64,000 bases of DNA. It comes from Candidatus Falkowbacteria bacterium HGW-Falkowbacteria-1 (GTDB lineage: Bacteria; Patescibacteriota; Patescibacteriia; Patescibacteriales; UBA12465). The position numbers and the translations under genes were made by a program. Of this stretch, positions 50,684 to 59,921 are shown one piece after another. The stretch spans positions 112,074 through 176,073 of the forward strand of contig PHAI01000001.1 in NCBI GenBank assembly GCA_002840305.1. Direction: 5' to 3'. The notes beneath the pieces were generated by a model that was given only the letters and a program-made list of their open reading frames with translations, ran no database searches and was not told where the DNA came from. Position 1 is the first letter of the stretch, and every line of letters begins with the position of its first letter.

Positions 50684-50786
50684 AAGATAAACTTAAAGGA
50701 CGAAGAAATTCGTCCTTTTTTATTTGCTTTTTTTTGAAAATATTGTTATCATATTAATAGATTTTAAATTTTTTAAACTTTATAAT

Positions 50787-51158
50787 ATGATTAAAAAAAT
50801 ATTTTCTTATTTTTTGTTGATATCATTTTTCTTTTTGGCCTCTTCTAGTTTGGTTTTTGCACAAGCCGATCAAAATAACCCCCCTGCATCAACGGCGGTT
50901 AGTCTTTCTAATCCTTTAGGCGCAGGAGCTACAGCTCAAAGCGTTATTGGAAATGTTATCAGCCAGGTATTGGGCGTTGTTGGAGCCCTGGCCTTAATCA
51001 TGTTTATTTATGGAGGTCTTACTTGGATGACTGCGATGGGCAATGAACAACAAATAAAAAAAGGTAAAGATATTTTGATGTGGGCTACATTAGGGTTGGT
51101 TATAATTTTCTCGTCATACGCTTTAGTTAAATTTGTTTTACAAGCCATCGGCGCATAA
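50787..51158 (+). CDS. VirB2/TrbC-like pilin
   Basis: Signal peptide (VFA-Q), LSNPLG, two TMs around GLTWMTAMGNEQQIKKGK. Confidence 0.8.
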   Translation: MIKKIFSYFLLISFFFLASSSLVFAQADQNNPPASTAVSLSNPLGAGATAQSVIGNVISQVLGVVGALALIMFIYGGLTWMTAMGNEQQIKKGKDILMWATLGLVIIFSSYALVKFVLQAIGA

Positions 51159-51236
51159 CTTTAGTTGACATTATTTTTTTTTATTGTAAAATATTGAGGT
51201 TACTTATTTTAGGTTTTTTAAAAATCTTTTTTTATT

Positions 51237-51319
51237 GGGTCGATACCAAAGCGGTCAACTGGGGCAGACTGTAAATCTGCTGGCATTCGCCTTCGTAGGT
51301 TCGAATCCTACTCGGCCCA
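51237..51319 (+). tRNA. tRNA-Tyr(GUA)
   Basis: GCAGA-CTGTAAA-TCTGC, long variable arm. Confidence 0.96.
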
Positions 51320-51428
51320 CATATGTTAATTCATCCTGACAAAATTGGCAGAAGTTTTATCAAAATATTTTTGGTTTTATTTTTAATTCTGCTAGTCGTT
51401 GGGGCGATATTAATGCTTATTTAAGTTT

Positions 51429-52307
51429 ATGCCAGAATTACCAGAAGTAGAAACAATAAGAAACGGCCTGAGCCGTTTTGTTTTGTTTAAAGAGATAAAA
51501 AAGCTAGTCTTGCTCGATACCAATCTCTTTAAAGGGGCTGAAAATGATTTGTTAAAATTGAGAAAGGATGAATTTTCTCAAATAGATCGTTTAGGCAAGG
51601 CCCTTGTTTTTTCTTTTAAAAAGAGTGAGAAAAAAATGATTATTCATTTGAAGATGACTGGTCAATTAGTTTATTTTTCTGGAAAAAATTTGAAGGAACA
51701 GGCCATGCTGGCTGGTGGCCATAGTGAGAAAGGGCAAAATAATTTAGATATTTCAAAATTTAAACATCTTAGATTGAGAATAGAGTTTTTTGATAATAGC
51801 TTTTTGATTCTAAATGATACTAGACGATTTGCCTATCTCAAGCTACTAAACATCAAAGAATTTGAAGAGGTGAGTGGCAAATTGGGAGTAGAACCACTAT
51901 CAAAAGGCTTTAGCCTTAGTTATTTTTTAAAGATCTTAGAGAAGAGAAAAAAGAATATTAAAGCCTTTTTGCTTGACCAGAGCTTTGTAGTCGGAATGGG
52001 AAATATTTATGCCGATGAAATCTTGTTTGCTTCAAAGCTAAGTCCGTTCAGGAGTGTTGACTCGCTTGATTTAAAGCAGAAAAAAGTTCTCTATAATAAT
52101 ATAAAGAAAATATTGAAATTAGCCATAAAAAAAAGAGGGACCACTTTTAGCGATTATGTTGATGCTGATGGTAAAAGCGGTAATTTTTCGAGCGTGCTAA
52201 AGGTTTATGGTCGTAAAGGCCAAAAATGCAGGAGTTGTAACGGTTTGGTGGGAAAAACAAAGCTTGTTGGGCGCGGGACTCATTATTGCCCTAAATGTCA
52301 GAATTAA
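51429..52307 (+). CDS. mutM: Formamidopyrimidine-DNA glycosylase
   Basis: MPELPEVE, HLKMTG, GMGNIYADE, C-terminal Zn finger. Confidence 0.97.
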   Translation: MPELPEVETIRNGLSRFVLFKEIKKLVLLDTNLFKGAENDLLKLRKDEFSQIDRLGKALVFSFKKSEKKMIIHLKMTGQLVYFSGKNLKEQAMLAGGHSEKGQNNLDISKFKHLRLRIEFFDNSFLILNDTRRFAYLKLLNIKEFEEVSGKLGVEPLSKGFSLSYFLKILEKRKKNIKAFLLDQSFVVGMGNIYADEILFASKLSPFRSVDSLDLKQKKVLYNNIKKILKLAIKKRGTTFSDYVDADGKSGNFSSVLKVYGRKGQKCRSCNGLVGKTKLVGRGTHYCPKCQN

Positions 52308-52316
52308 AATATAAAG

Positions 52317-52381
52317 AGCAGATCTCTCCATTTGCCCTTCTCCGCCAAAAGGCTACGGCGGGCTCAGTCGAGATGACAAAA
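52317..52381. repeat. REP-like palindromic element, right half
   Basis: AGCAGATCTCTC...GGCTCAGTCGAGATGACAAAA as in the 47742-47866 copy. Confidence 0.75.
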
Positions 52382-52506
52382 CTAATTATTGACTTTTAAT
52401 CTTTGTTTGCTATAATATAATAAATTGCTTGGTAGAGCAGTTTATTTATAATTGTAAATGAAGGGATAGTCATCAAATCAGATATTTCGTGACGGCCCAA
52501 AAAAAT

Positions 52507-52665
52507 ATGTCTCAAGATAACATGATAAAATTGGAATGTACAGAGTGCAAGATGGTCACTTATCATTCTCATAAAAATAAAAAAACTTTAAAAGCTGTTC
52601 GTTTGGAACTGAAAAAGTTTTGTAAATTTTGTCGCAAACACACTCCTCATAAAGAAACAAAATAA
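52507..52665 (+). CDS. rpmG: 50S ribosomal protein L33 (Zn-ribbon type); absent from ORF track
   Basis: [52 protein letters not shown]. Confidence 0.95.
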   Translation: MSQDNMIKLECTECKMVTYHSHKNKKTLKAVRLELKKFCKFCRKHTPHKETK

Positions 52666-52683
52666 TTATTTTAAAATAAAAAT

Positions 52684-53718
52684 ATGAAAAGTAACAACTT
52701 GGCTAAACCATTTTTAATTTTTTTATTAATTTTAGCTGTTGTTGCTTGTTATTTTATTTTTAAACCCTTTTTAATAGAAATAATAATCTCGGCCGTTTTG
52801 GTTTCTTTTTCTTATAGACCATTTCTTTGGCTTACTAAATTTTTTAAAGGTAAAAAAATCGCCGCTGCTTTAGTGATGTCTTTACTTTTTCTTTTGATTG
52901 TAATTATTCCTATTAGTAATTTGATAATATTTTCAGGTAAAAAATCTTTAGTAGCTTATTCGGAAACGGCAAAATTTATAAATAACGCTGATGTTAATCT
53001 GAAAAATAGTGTCTTATCAAAATTAGATTTTATAAACTTTGAAGATGCTAATGTCAAAAATTTTATATTAGAAACGACAAAGATTATAAGAGATTGGATA
53101 GGCAAAGGAGCCACTCTTATCGTTAAGGGGACAACTAGCTTTTTGGTTTCTTTGATTATGATCGTTTTAACTATGTTTTTCTTCTATATTGATGGAGAAA
53201 AAATGGTAGAAAAAATAAAACATTGGTCACCGTTACCAAACAAGTACGATGTAGAGATATTTAAAAAATTTAGAGAAGTTAGTTATGCGGCTGTAATTTC
53301 CACTTTCGCCACAGCAGGTGTTCAAGGTGTTGTTGGTGCTATTGGTTTTATGATCGTGGGACTCCCATCTTTTTATGCCGGAATATTAATCGCCTTTTTC
53401 TCTTTGATTCCTTATATTGGATCAATGATAATATATATCCCAGTTGGAATTTATTTAATAGTAGTAGGTGAAATTTTTAAGGGTGTGTTCATATTAGCTT
53501 GGGGATTTATAATCATAGGCAATACCGACAATCTTTTAAGAGCCTATCTTCTAAAGGGAAAATCGAATATCAATCCTATTTTTATAATATTTGCCTTGAT
53601 GGGCGGAATTGCCTTGTTTGGTTTCTGGGGTTTAATTATTGGTCCGTTAATTCTAGCTTTGACCAGTACGATTTTTCATATTTATGAACTAGAGTATGGC
53701 AAACAACTAGAGGAATAA
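52684..53718 (+). CDS. AI-2E family transporter
   Basis: LIPYIGS, DNLLRAYL, GGIALFGFWGLIIGP. Confidence 0.92.
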   Translation: MKSNNLAKPFLIFLLILAVVACYFIFKPFLIEIIISAVLVSFSYRPFLWLTKFFKGKKIAAALVMSLLFLLIVIIPISNLIIFSGKKSLVAYSETAKFINNADVNLKNSVLSKLDFINFEDANVKNFILETTKIIRDWIGKGATLIVKGTTSFLVSLIMIVLTMFFFYIDGEKMVEKIKHWSPLPNKYDVEIFKKFREVSYAAVISTFATAGVQGVVGAIGFMIVGLPSFYAGILIAFFSLIPYIGSMIIYIPVGIYLIVVGEIFKGVFILAWGFIIIGNTDNLLRAYLLKGKSNINPIFIIFALMGGIALFGFWGLIIGPLILALTSTIFHIYELEYGKQLEE

Positions 53719-53744
53719 TGAATTTATAATTGATTTAAATATTT

Positions 53745-54275
53745 ATGTTGGGAGAAAAAACAAAAAAAAATCTAGAAGAAGCTTTTGCGGGCGAATCAAT
53801 GGCTAGAAATAAATATGATTATTTTGCTTCCATTTTTAGAAAAGCCGGTTATGTGCAAATTGCTAATATTTTTGAAGAAACAGCCAGAAATGAAAAAGAA
53901 CATGCCAAATTATGGGCTAAACAATTAGGTTATATTCATGAAAATATTAATGATAATTTAAAAGCGGCTATAGAAGGTGAAAATTATGAGCACACCAGTA
54001 TGTATCCTCGCATGGAGAAGGAGGCTCTGGAGGAAGGTCATGACGACATTGCTAAACTTTTTAAAGAGGTTGCCGAAGTAGAAGAGGCTCACGAAAAACG
54101 TTATAAAAAATTATTAGAAAATGTAGAAAAAGGAGTAGTATTTAAAAGAGAAGAGACTAAAAAATGGAAATGTAATAACTGCGGTTATATTCATGAAGGA
54201 ACTGAGGCACCAGAAGTTTGCCCAGCCTGTAGTCATCCTCAAGCTCATTTTGAAATTTTCATTGAAACATATTAA
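53745..54275 (+). CDS. rbr: Rubrerythrin
   Basis: AFAGES, EKEH, EEAH, WKCNNCG...CPAC. Confidence 0.95.
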   Translation: MLGEKTKKNLEEAFAGESMARNKYDYFASIFRKAGYVQIANIFEETARNEKEHAKLWAKQLGYIHENINDNLKAAIEGENYEHTSMYPRMEKEALEEGHDDIAKLFKEVAEVEEAHEKRYKKLLENVEKGVVFKREETKKWKCNNCGYIHEGTEAPEVCPACSHPQAHFEIFIETY

Positions 54276-54293
54276 TATATAAATCTATTTTAT

Positions 54294-54469
54294 ACTACTT
54301 TTTTAGAAAAAGTAGCCAAAAATCGCCAGCAGCTTAAAACTTCGGGCCAGCTACTATAAAAGCTAGTAAAATTTAAAACTCGACTAAACTTCGTTTAGTC
54401 TTAAACAGTTAAATTTTACACGCTTTTTACGTAGCTGTCTTGTCCGAAATTTTTTCAATGCTGGCATTT
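54294..54469 (-). repeat. ~180-bp structured dispersed repeat, copy B
   Basis: Long nested inverted repeats; 23-bp exact match to copy A (54409-54431 vs 44939-44961). Confidence 0.85.
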
Positions 54470-54590
54470 ATTTTTTAAAATTGTTTGCAATGTTTGCATT
54501 TTTAATGAAAAGTATAATAAAAAGTATAATAGCATTGAAAAAAATAAATTTTTTGTATATAATAAAGCACATACAATATTAATGAATTTT

Positions 54591-54661
54591 GCGGGCGTAG
54601 TATAATGGTAGTATAAGGGTCTCCAAAACCTTTGGCGTGGGTTCGATTCCTACCGCCCGTG
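54591..54661 (+). tRNA. tRNA-Trp(CCA)
   Basis: AGGGT-CTCCAAA-ACCTT; GGTTCGATTCC; terminator 54673-54696. Confidence 0.93.
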
Positions 54662-54748
54662 CAGGTATTAGTAAAAAAGAGCGGACGCTCTTTTTTGTTT
54701 GACTTTTGATTCGCCAGATTATAGAATTAAGATATAAATTTTTATATT

Positions 54749-55294
54749 ATGGACCCAATTAAAATTATTCAAAAATTTTATAAAACTGATTCACTGGCGT
54801 ATAGCTTTTTAGTTCCTCATAGCCAGTCAGTCGCTAAAAAAGCCATAGAAATAGCTATTCGAGTACCTCATCTTAGTCCTGATTTAAAGTTTATTGAAGA
54901 GGCTTCTATGTTGCACGATATCGGTATTTTTTTAGTCAGTTATCAGAAAATTGGTTGTTTTGGCGATGAGCCATATATTTGTCATGGTTATTTAGGCAGA
55001 GAACTCGTAGAAAAAGAGGGTTATCCTAAACATGCGCTAGTGTGCGAAAGACATATAGGCTTGGGTATTTCCATGAAAGATATTAAAATGCAAAAACTAC
55101 CGTTGCCATGCAGAGAAATGATGCCAATTTCAATTGAAGAGAAAATTATTTGTCTGGCTGACAAATTTTTTTCCAAAAATAAAGAATTTTTAACTAAGGA
55201 AAAAAGCATTGATCAAATCAGAAAGGATCATTTGGGGTTTGGAGAAGATAAAATACAAAGGCTAGATGAATGGTTGAGTGAATTTAAAATTTAA
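54749..55294 (+). CDS. HD (HDIG) metal-dependent phosphohydrolase
   Basis: H...LHDIG, HGYLG, CERH, CLADKF. Confidence 0.88.
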   Translation: MDPIKIIQKFYKTDSLAYSFLVPHSQSVAKKAIEIAIRVPHLSPDLKFIEEASMLHDIGIFLVSYQKIGCFGDEPYICHGYLGRELVEKEGYPKHALVCERHIGLGISMKDIKMQKLPLPCREMMPISIEEKIICLADKFFSKNKEFLTKEKSIDQIRKDHLGFGEDKIQRLDEWLSEFKI

Positions 55295-55368
55295 TTTATT
55301 TTTTTGACATAAATTCGCCCCTTATATTATAACGTGTCATTTTGAGTTGTTCTTATTGGGCGGTGTGA

Positions 55369-55418
55369 TTGACAGAAGCATGTTGCGAATGATATACTTT
55401 TTTGTTGTTCATTGAAAT
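55369..55418 (+). promoter_or_regulatory. Sigma70 promoter plus boxA-like motif
   Basis: TTGACA-18-TATACT; GTTCATTGAAAT 55407-55418. Confidence 0.6.
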
Positions 55419-55435
55419 TATTGTTTAACCAAAAC

Positions 55436-55840
55436 ATGTGGGAAATGAAAAACCTAAAAACAACTGTTTTTTTATCCTGGGCTTGTGACCAGTACTTGAA
55501 GAAAGAAGAATTTCGAGCTGTTTTTATGAAATTTAAATTCGGGGAAGGAAAGGACTCAAAAGAACTTAGTTTTATTGGTCTGAGAGACGACTCTTGGGGG
55601 ATAATCTATGGATGGAGTAAAGCTTGTCCTCCCTCGTGGGACTTTGCTGAAGTTTATTATTGTTGTCACGCTCCTATTGATTCAATCGAATCGGAAGAGT
55701 ATCTTGGCAATATTTTACTCAAAGAAATTGATGAAAAACTTGATTTTTTCCCATCTCCAAATGAACTCGCCACTTCGAAAACTCTAAAGTACGATATTGT
55801 AGCTTTGGGAGAGGGCGCACATGCAATAAAATTATCTTAA
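55436..55840 (+). CDS. Hypothetical protein (standalone unit)
   Basis: ORF with promoter and terminator (AGCGGTCT..AGATCGCT-T run ~55855-55882); start 55436 or 55445. Confidence 0.6.
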   Translation: MWEMKNLKTTVFLSWACDQYLKKEEFRAVFMKFKFGEGKDSKELSFIGLRDDSWGIIYGWSKACPPSWDFAEVYYCCHAPIDSIESEEYLGNILLKEIDEKLDFFPSPNELATSKTLKYDIVALGEGAHAIKLS

Positions 55841-55953
55841 TAAAAACTTTTACTAGCGGTCTAATTTAGATCGCTTTTTTATTTTTTGAATATTTTTAGT
55901 AGATTAGCCCTTATTTTATAGTGTCTTTTATAAAGTTGACTGGCATATAACTA

Positions 55954-55988
55954 AGTACCTTGCATAACATAGTAATATGTGTTACACT
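55954..55988 (+). promoter_or_regulatory. padR promoter with overlapping imperfect palindrome (candidate operator)
   Basis: TTGCAT-17-TACACT; TACnnTG-n5-CAnnGTA dyad over the -35. Confidence 0.5.
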
Positions 55989-56033
55989 ATTTTTATTACC
56001 TGTGGATAAGTATAAAATAATTAAAATTATAAT

Positions 56034-56381
56034 ATGAATATCAAAACACAAAATGACACCGAAAATACTAAGGCTCAGATGCGAAAAGGGTTTTTAGAAT
56101 TCTTAATTCTTTTAATGATATCAAAAGAAAAAATGTATGCATCTGATATTTTAAAAAAACTTAAAATGGCCGACCTGATTGTGGTCGAAGGGACGCTGTA
56201 TCCGCTCCTGATGAGATTAAAAAACTCGGAATTACTGGAGTATGTTTGGGAAGAATCAAAAAGTGGACCACCTCGAAAATATTATACAATAACGAAGGAC
56301 GGCCTGGGAGCGATTAAAGAGTTAAGTAAAACATGGTTTTGTTTGTATAAAGCCATAAACATTTTAATAAAAGATAAATAA
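56034..56381 (+). CDS. PadR-family transcriptional regulator
   Basis: QMRKGFLE, EGTLYPLL.RL, GPPRKYY. Confidence 0.95.
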   Translation: MNIKTQNDTENTKAQMRKGFLEFLILLMISKEKMYASDILKKLKMADLIVVEGTLYPLLMRLKNSELLEYVWEESKSGPPRKYYTITKDGLGAIKELSKTWFCLYKAINILIKDK

Positions 56382-56402
56382 TTTATAAAATAATTTAATA
56401 GT

Positions 56403-58193
56403 ATGAAAAAAACAATACCAGTGACACTTAGTAACTTCGCCTACATCTTGGATGAGGATGCTTATAAAAAATTAAATGAATACATAGAGGGCATAAGAAG
56501 TCACTTTAGTATCACTGATTCAAAAGAAACCACCGATGAGATTATAGGTGACATTGAAAGCAGCATCGCGGAGAAGTTCAGCTCCAAATTAAATGACTCG
56601 AAACAAGTCATAAGCATTGAGGACGTAGTTGAGCTCGTAAAATTAATGGGCTCTGTGGAAGACATTGCTGGTGACAGAGAAGATGTGCGAGATAAGATTG
56701 GCGAAAGTAATTATAATAAAAACGAAGAAAAAACAGAGAAGGGAAAGAAAAAAAGATTATTTAGAGACACAGATGATGTTATTATAGCCGGTGTAGCCTC
56801 TGGACTGGCTAGTTATTTCGGAGTCGATTCCGTTTTTGTTAGGTTGTTATTTTTCGTTTCAATGTTTTTTGGTGGTGCTGGCGTCGTGATTTATGTTATT
56901 TTATGGCTTGTGGTGCCAAAAGCAAAAACTTCAACTCAGAAACTTGAGATGCAAGGCGATTCTGTAACATTAAAACAATTAGAGAAATTAGCCAGAGAAA
57001 AGACCGAAGAATTTAAGAATATTGACAGGGGCAAAATAAAGAATTTTATAAATTCTATATTTGAAATAATTGGCAAGATACTCAAGGCCTTTTGGAAAGT
57101 TTTTATGATTTTTTGGGCCGCACTTGGTTCTTTTATTGGTGGCGTAATCATAGTGGTTTCAACGCTTGCGCTCACCGTTGTCGGTTTTGTTTTAGCTGCT
57201 ATGGTTTTTAACTCAGACTCACCTTTTATAAATATGCCCGAAGGTTTGATTGAAACTATGGGGCGCGGTATTTTGCCATTGGCTGCTTTTTTTGTAGTGT
57301 TCGTGCCAATAATATTCTTAATATTATTAGGGGCATCTCTTGTTGGAAGAAGAAATGTTTTTAATTTACCAACTAGTTTAACGCTAATCGCTATTTGGGT
57401 GACAGCCACCATTGTTTTTGGAGTTGTAGGGATTGATACGATTCCAGAAATAAAGAAACAAATAGAATTATATGATTCAGATATAAACCTTATTACCAAT
57501 GATGTTGAGGTGAGCAGTTTTGATAGAATAAAAGTGGGCGCTGCGTATAAGGCAAATATTACAGCCGGGGATGAATATAAGGTAACCGCGAAGGGAAGAG
57601 AAGATGATTTAGAAAAAATGAACGTGAGTGTGATTGAAGGAGAGCTGATTATTAAAAGAAATCAAAACGAAATCTGTTTGTTTTGTCACAAAGGAAATAA
57701 TGTGACTTTCGAAATAACCACGCCCAGTTTAAACAATCTAGAGGCCAGTGGCGCAAGCAGTGTTGATGTAATTGGTTTTAGCGGAGAGCTTATACAAGCA
57801 AAATTTTCTGGCGCTTCGAAAGGCGTTCTTGATTTAAATTATGGCAAATTCGATATGGATTTAAGTGGGGCCTCAAAATTAATATTAAATACCGCGACTT
57901 CAACCGAATTGAAAATAAAGTTAAGTGGAGCTTCAAACGCAGAAATATCAGGAGTGGCAGATGTATTTAAAGTTTATATGTCTGGTGCATCAACATTAAA
58001 TTCGTATAAACTTAAAACAATGAGTGCCAAGCTTGAGCTCAGTGGGGCTAGCAAGGCGGAACTTAGTGTTTCTAGAGATTTAGATGCAAATGTTTCGGGT
58101 GCTAGCACAGTTTACTATGAGGGAAATCCTGAAATAAATACAAACGAAGAGAGGTCAATCATTTTAAATAAAGAATATTCAGAGCTATATTGA
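56403..58193 (+). CDS. PspC-domain membrane protein with C-terminal DUF2807/GIN beta-helix
   Basis: EDAYKKL..Y, RLFRD...IAGVASGLA.YFG, repeated SGAS. Confidence 0.88.
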   Translation: MKKTIPVTLSNFAYILDEDAYKKLNEYIEGIRSHFSITDSKETTDEIIGDIESSIAEKFSSKLNDSKQVISIEDVVELVKLMGSVEDIAGDREDVRDKIGESNYNKNEEKTEKGKKKRLFRDTDDVIIAGVASGLASYFGVDSVFVRLLFFVSMFFGGAGVVIYVILWLVVPKAKTSTQKLEMQGDSVTLKQLEKLAREKTEEFKNIDRGKIKNFINSIFEIIGKILKAFWKVFMIFWAALGSFIGGVIIVVSTLALTVVGFVLAAMVFNSDSPFINMPEGLIETMGRGILPLAAFFVVFVPIIFLILLGASLVGRRNVFNLPTSLTLIAIWVTATIVFGVVGIDTIPEIKKQIELYDSDINLITNDVEVSSFDRIKVGAAYKANITAGDEYKVTAKGREDDLEKMNVSVIEGELIIKRNQNEICLFCHKGNNVTFEITTPSLNNLEASGASSVDVIGFSGELIQAKFSGASKGVLDLNYGKFDMDLSGASKLILNTATSTELKIKLSGASNAEISGVADVFKVYMSGASTLNSYKLKTMSAKLELSGASKAELSVSRDLDANVSGASTVYYEGNPEINTNEERSIILNKEYSELY

Positions 58194-58300
58194 GACAAGC
58201 GATTGGTTGGAAGCGTCTGCCCGAGCCCTTTCTAAATTGTAACAAAAGGGCTATATTTTCGTATACTATTATGTAGAGTATTAATATTACGATAGAGAAT

Positions 58301-58465
58301 ATGTACAATAATTTTTATAAAAATCAAATCCATTTAATCGACAGAAATACTGGCGCTTCTTTTGTTTGTCCAATGAATTTGGCAAATAATCGTGGAAATG
58401 GTTTTTATAAATATTATGAACAAAATCAAATTACTAAAACATTCAAACATAAATTGAAAATATAG
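58301..58465 (+). CDS. Putative 54-aa leader peptide upstream of MFS gene
   Basis: MYNNFYKNQIHLIDRNTGASFVCPMNLANNRGNGFYKYYEQNQITKTFKHKLKI, followed by a terminator-like hairpin. Confidence 0.35.
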   Translation: MYNNFYKNQIHLIDRNTGASFVCPMNLANNRGNGFYKYYEQNQITKTFKHKLKI

Positions 58466-58500
58466 CTTAAATTGATAGGTGTTAAGATGAAGAATATTTA

Positions 58501-58536
58501 CAAGGGCCATCTCCATGAAGGGGGTGGCTCTTTTGT
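58501..58536 (+). terminator. Terminator/attenuator-like hairpin in MFS leader
   Basis: GGGCCATCTCC-ATGAA-GGGGGTGGCTC-TTTTGT. Confidence 0.55.
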
Positions 58537-58579
58537 ATAAATTTGTTCATTAACAATAAGAATCTTAAACCTATCAGCC

Positions 58580-59767
58580 ATGACAAAAAAAATAATTAGA
58601 AACTATGCAACATTTATGTTGCTTGAAGGATTAGCTCTTAGCTTTTTCTTTGGTACTTATCAGCTATTTCTTTTAGAGAAAGGCTTGAGTTTATTAGAGA
58701 TAAATCTCCTTAATTGTGGATTTATGATTGCTAATTTTTTACTCGAAATTCCTACTGGTGCGATTGCCGATTTTTTTGGGAGAAAGCGCTCGGTTATTAT
58801 TGGTCTTTGGATTTATGCTTTATCGTTTTTTCTTTATTTTCTTTCACAAAATTTTTGGCAATTTTTAGTAGCAGAAATTATTGGTGCAGTAGCCATAACT
58901 TGTATTTCTGGCGCTCTTGAAGCTCTGGTTGTTGATTCTTTGAATCACTATGGTTATGATGGAAAATTAGAAACGATTTTTCGTCGGGGTGAAATTAGAA
59001 GCTTGGGCGTCATTGTTGGAGCGGTTATTGGCTCTTTTGTTGGTCAGATTAATTTGGCTTGGCCTTGGTTGCTCAGTTCTTTGGCTTACGTTTTTTTAGC
59101 CATAGCATCAAATTATTTTTTTTATGAAGATTATTTTATTAAGCCAGAAAAAATAAAATTTGGGCTAGAACCAATGAAAAAGATTGCCAAAGAAAGCATT
59201 GTTTATGGCCTTAAAAATCGTCCCTTAATGTTTGTTGTTGCTTTTTCTGCTATCTTGTCTCTGGCCGTCCAGCCGGTAAACATGTATTGGCCAATTGCTT
59301 TCAAAAACATTTTCGATGTACAAACCAAATACATGGGATTAATTTTTGCTGCTATAGTGATTTCTGCTTATGTTGGTTCTCAATTTTCAAAAGTTTGGCA
59401 GAAAAAAATTAAATGTCAAAAAAATGCAATTTTCTTTTCACAGATTATTACATTGCTGGGAATTTTAGGGGCTTGTTTCTTTTCTAGGTTGCCATTATTT
59501 TTAGCTTTTTTCTTGATTCACGAATTTGGCCGTGGTTTATTTAATCCTCTTAGTCGCGCTTATATAAACGAGAATATTGAAAGCAAAAATCGCGCCACTG
59601 TTTTGTCGTTTGAATCTATGGTCGTGAAAGCTGGAGCTGGAGCTGGTTTAATCTTGAGCGGGTTGATAGCTGATAATTTTGGTATTTTAAACTCTTGGCT
59701 AATAAGCGCTTTGATTTTGGTAATTGGGATTTTTATTTTTTGGAGAAAAAATGGAACAAAAAATTAA
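58580..59767 (+). CDS. MFS transporter
   Basis: EIPTGAIADFFGRKRS motif A, SGALEAL, RATVLS; ~12 TMs. Confidence 0.92.
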   Translation: MTKKIIRNYATFMLLEGLALSFFFGTYQLFLLEKGLSLLEINLLNCGFMIANFLLEIPTGAIADFFGRKRSVIIGLWIYALSFFLYFLSQNFWQFLVAEIIGAVAITCISGALEALVVDSLNHYGYDGKLETIFRRGEIRSLGVIVGAVIGSFVGQINLAWPWLLSSLAYVFLAIASNYFFYEDYFIKPEKIKFGLEPMKKIAKESIVYGLKNRPLMFVVAFSAILSLAVQPVNMYWPIAFKNIFDVQTKYMGLIFAAIVISAYVGSQFSKVWQKKIKCQKNAIFFSQIITLLGILGACFFSRLPLFLAFFLIHEFGRGLFNPLSRAYINENIESKNRATVLSFESMVVKAGAGAGLILSGLIADNFGILNSWLISALILVIGIFIFWRKNGTKN

Positions 59768-59921
59768 AATTCCTAGGAATAGTTTTTATTAAGGAAGTCT
59801 GTAATAGTCTTCCTTTTTTATTTTTGTATGCTTATTTTAGCTTTTAGGCTTTTTGTTTTTAATGACTTAAGGCATTTTATGGTTAATAAAAAAAGAAGTT
59901 TGCACTTCTTTTTGTTTTTGT

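Noticed and set aside
52425-52500. Hairpins in the rpmG leader (and after tRNA-Tyr, 51325-51410) as riboswitches
   Set aside because: Pairing is possible but no known aptamer motif and no second copy to test covariation
56001-56009. Perfect DnaA box TGTGGATAA (another at ~22692) as oriC evidence
   Set aside because: Isolated boxes, one inside a CDS; no cluster and no dnaA nearby
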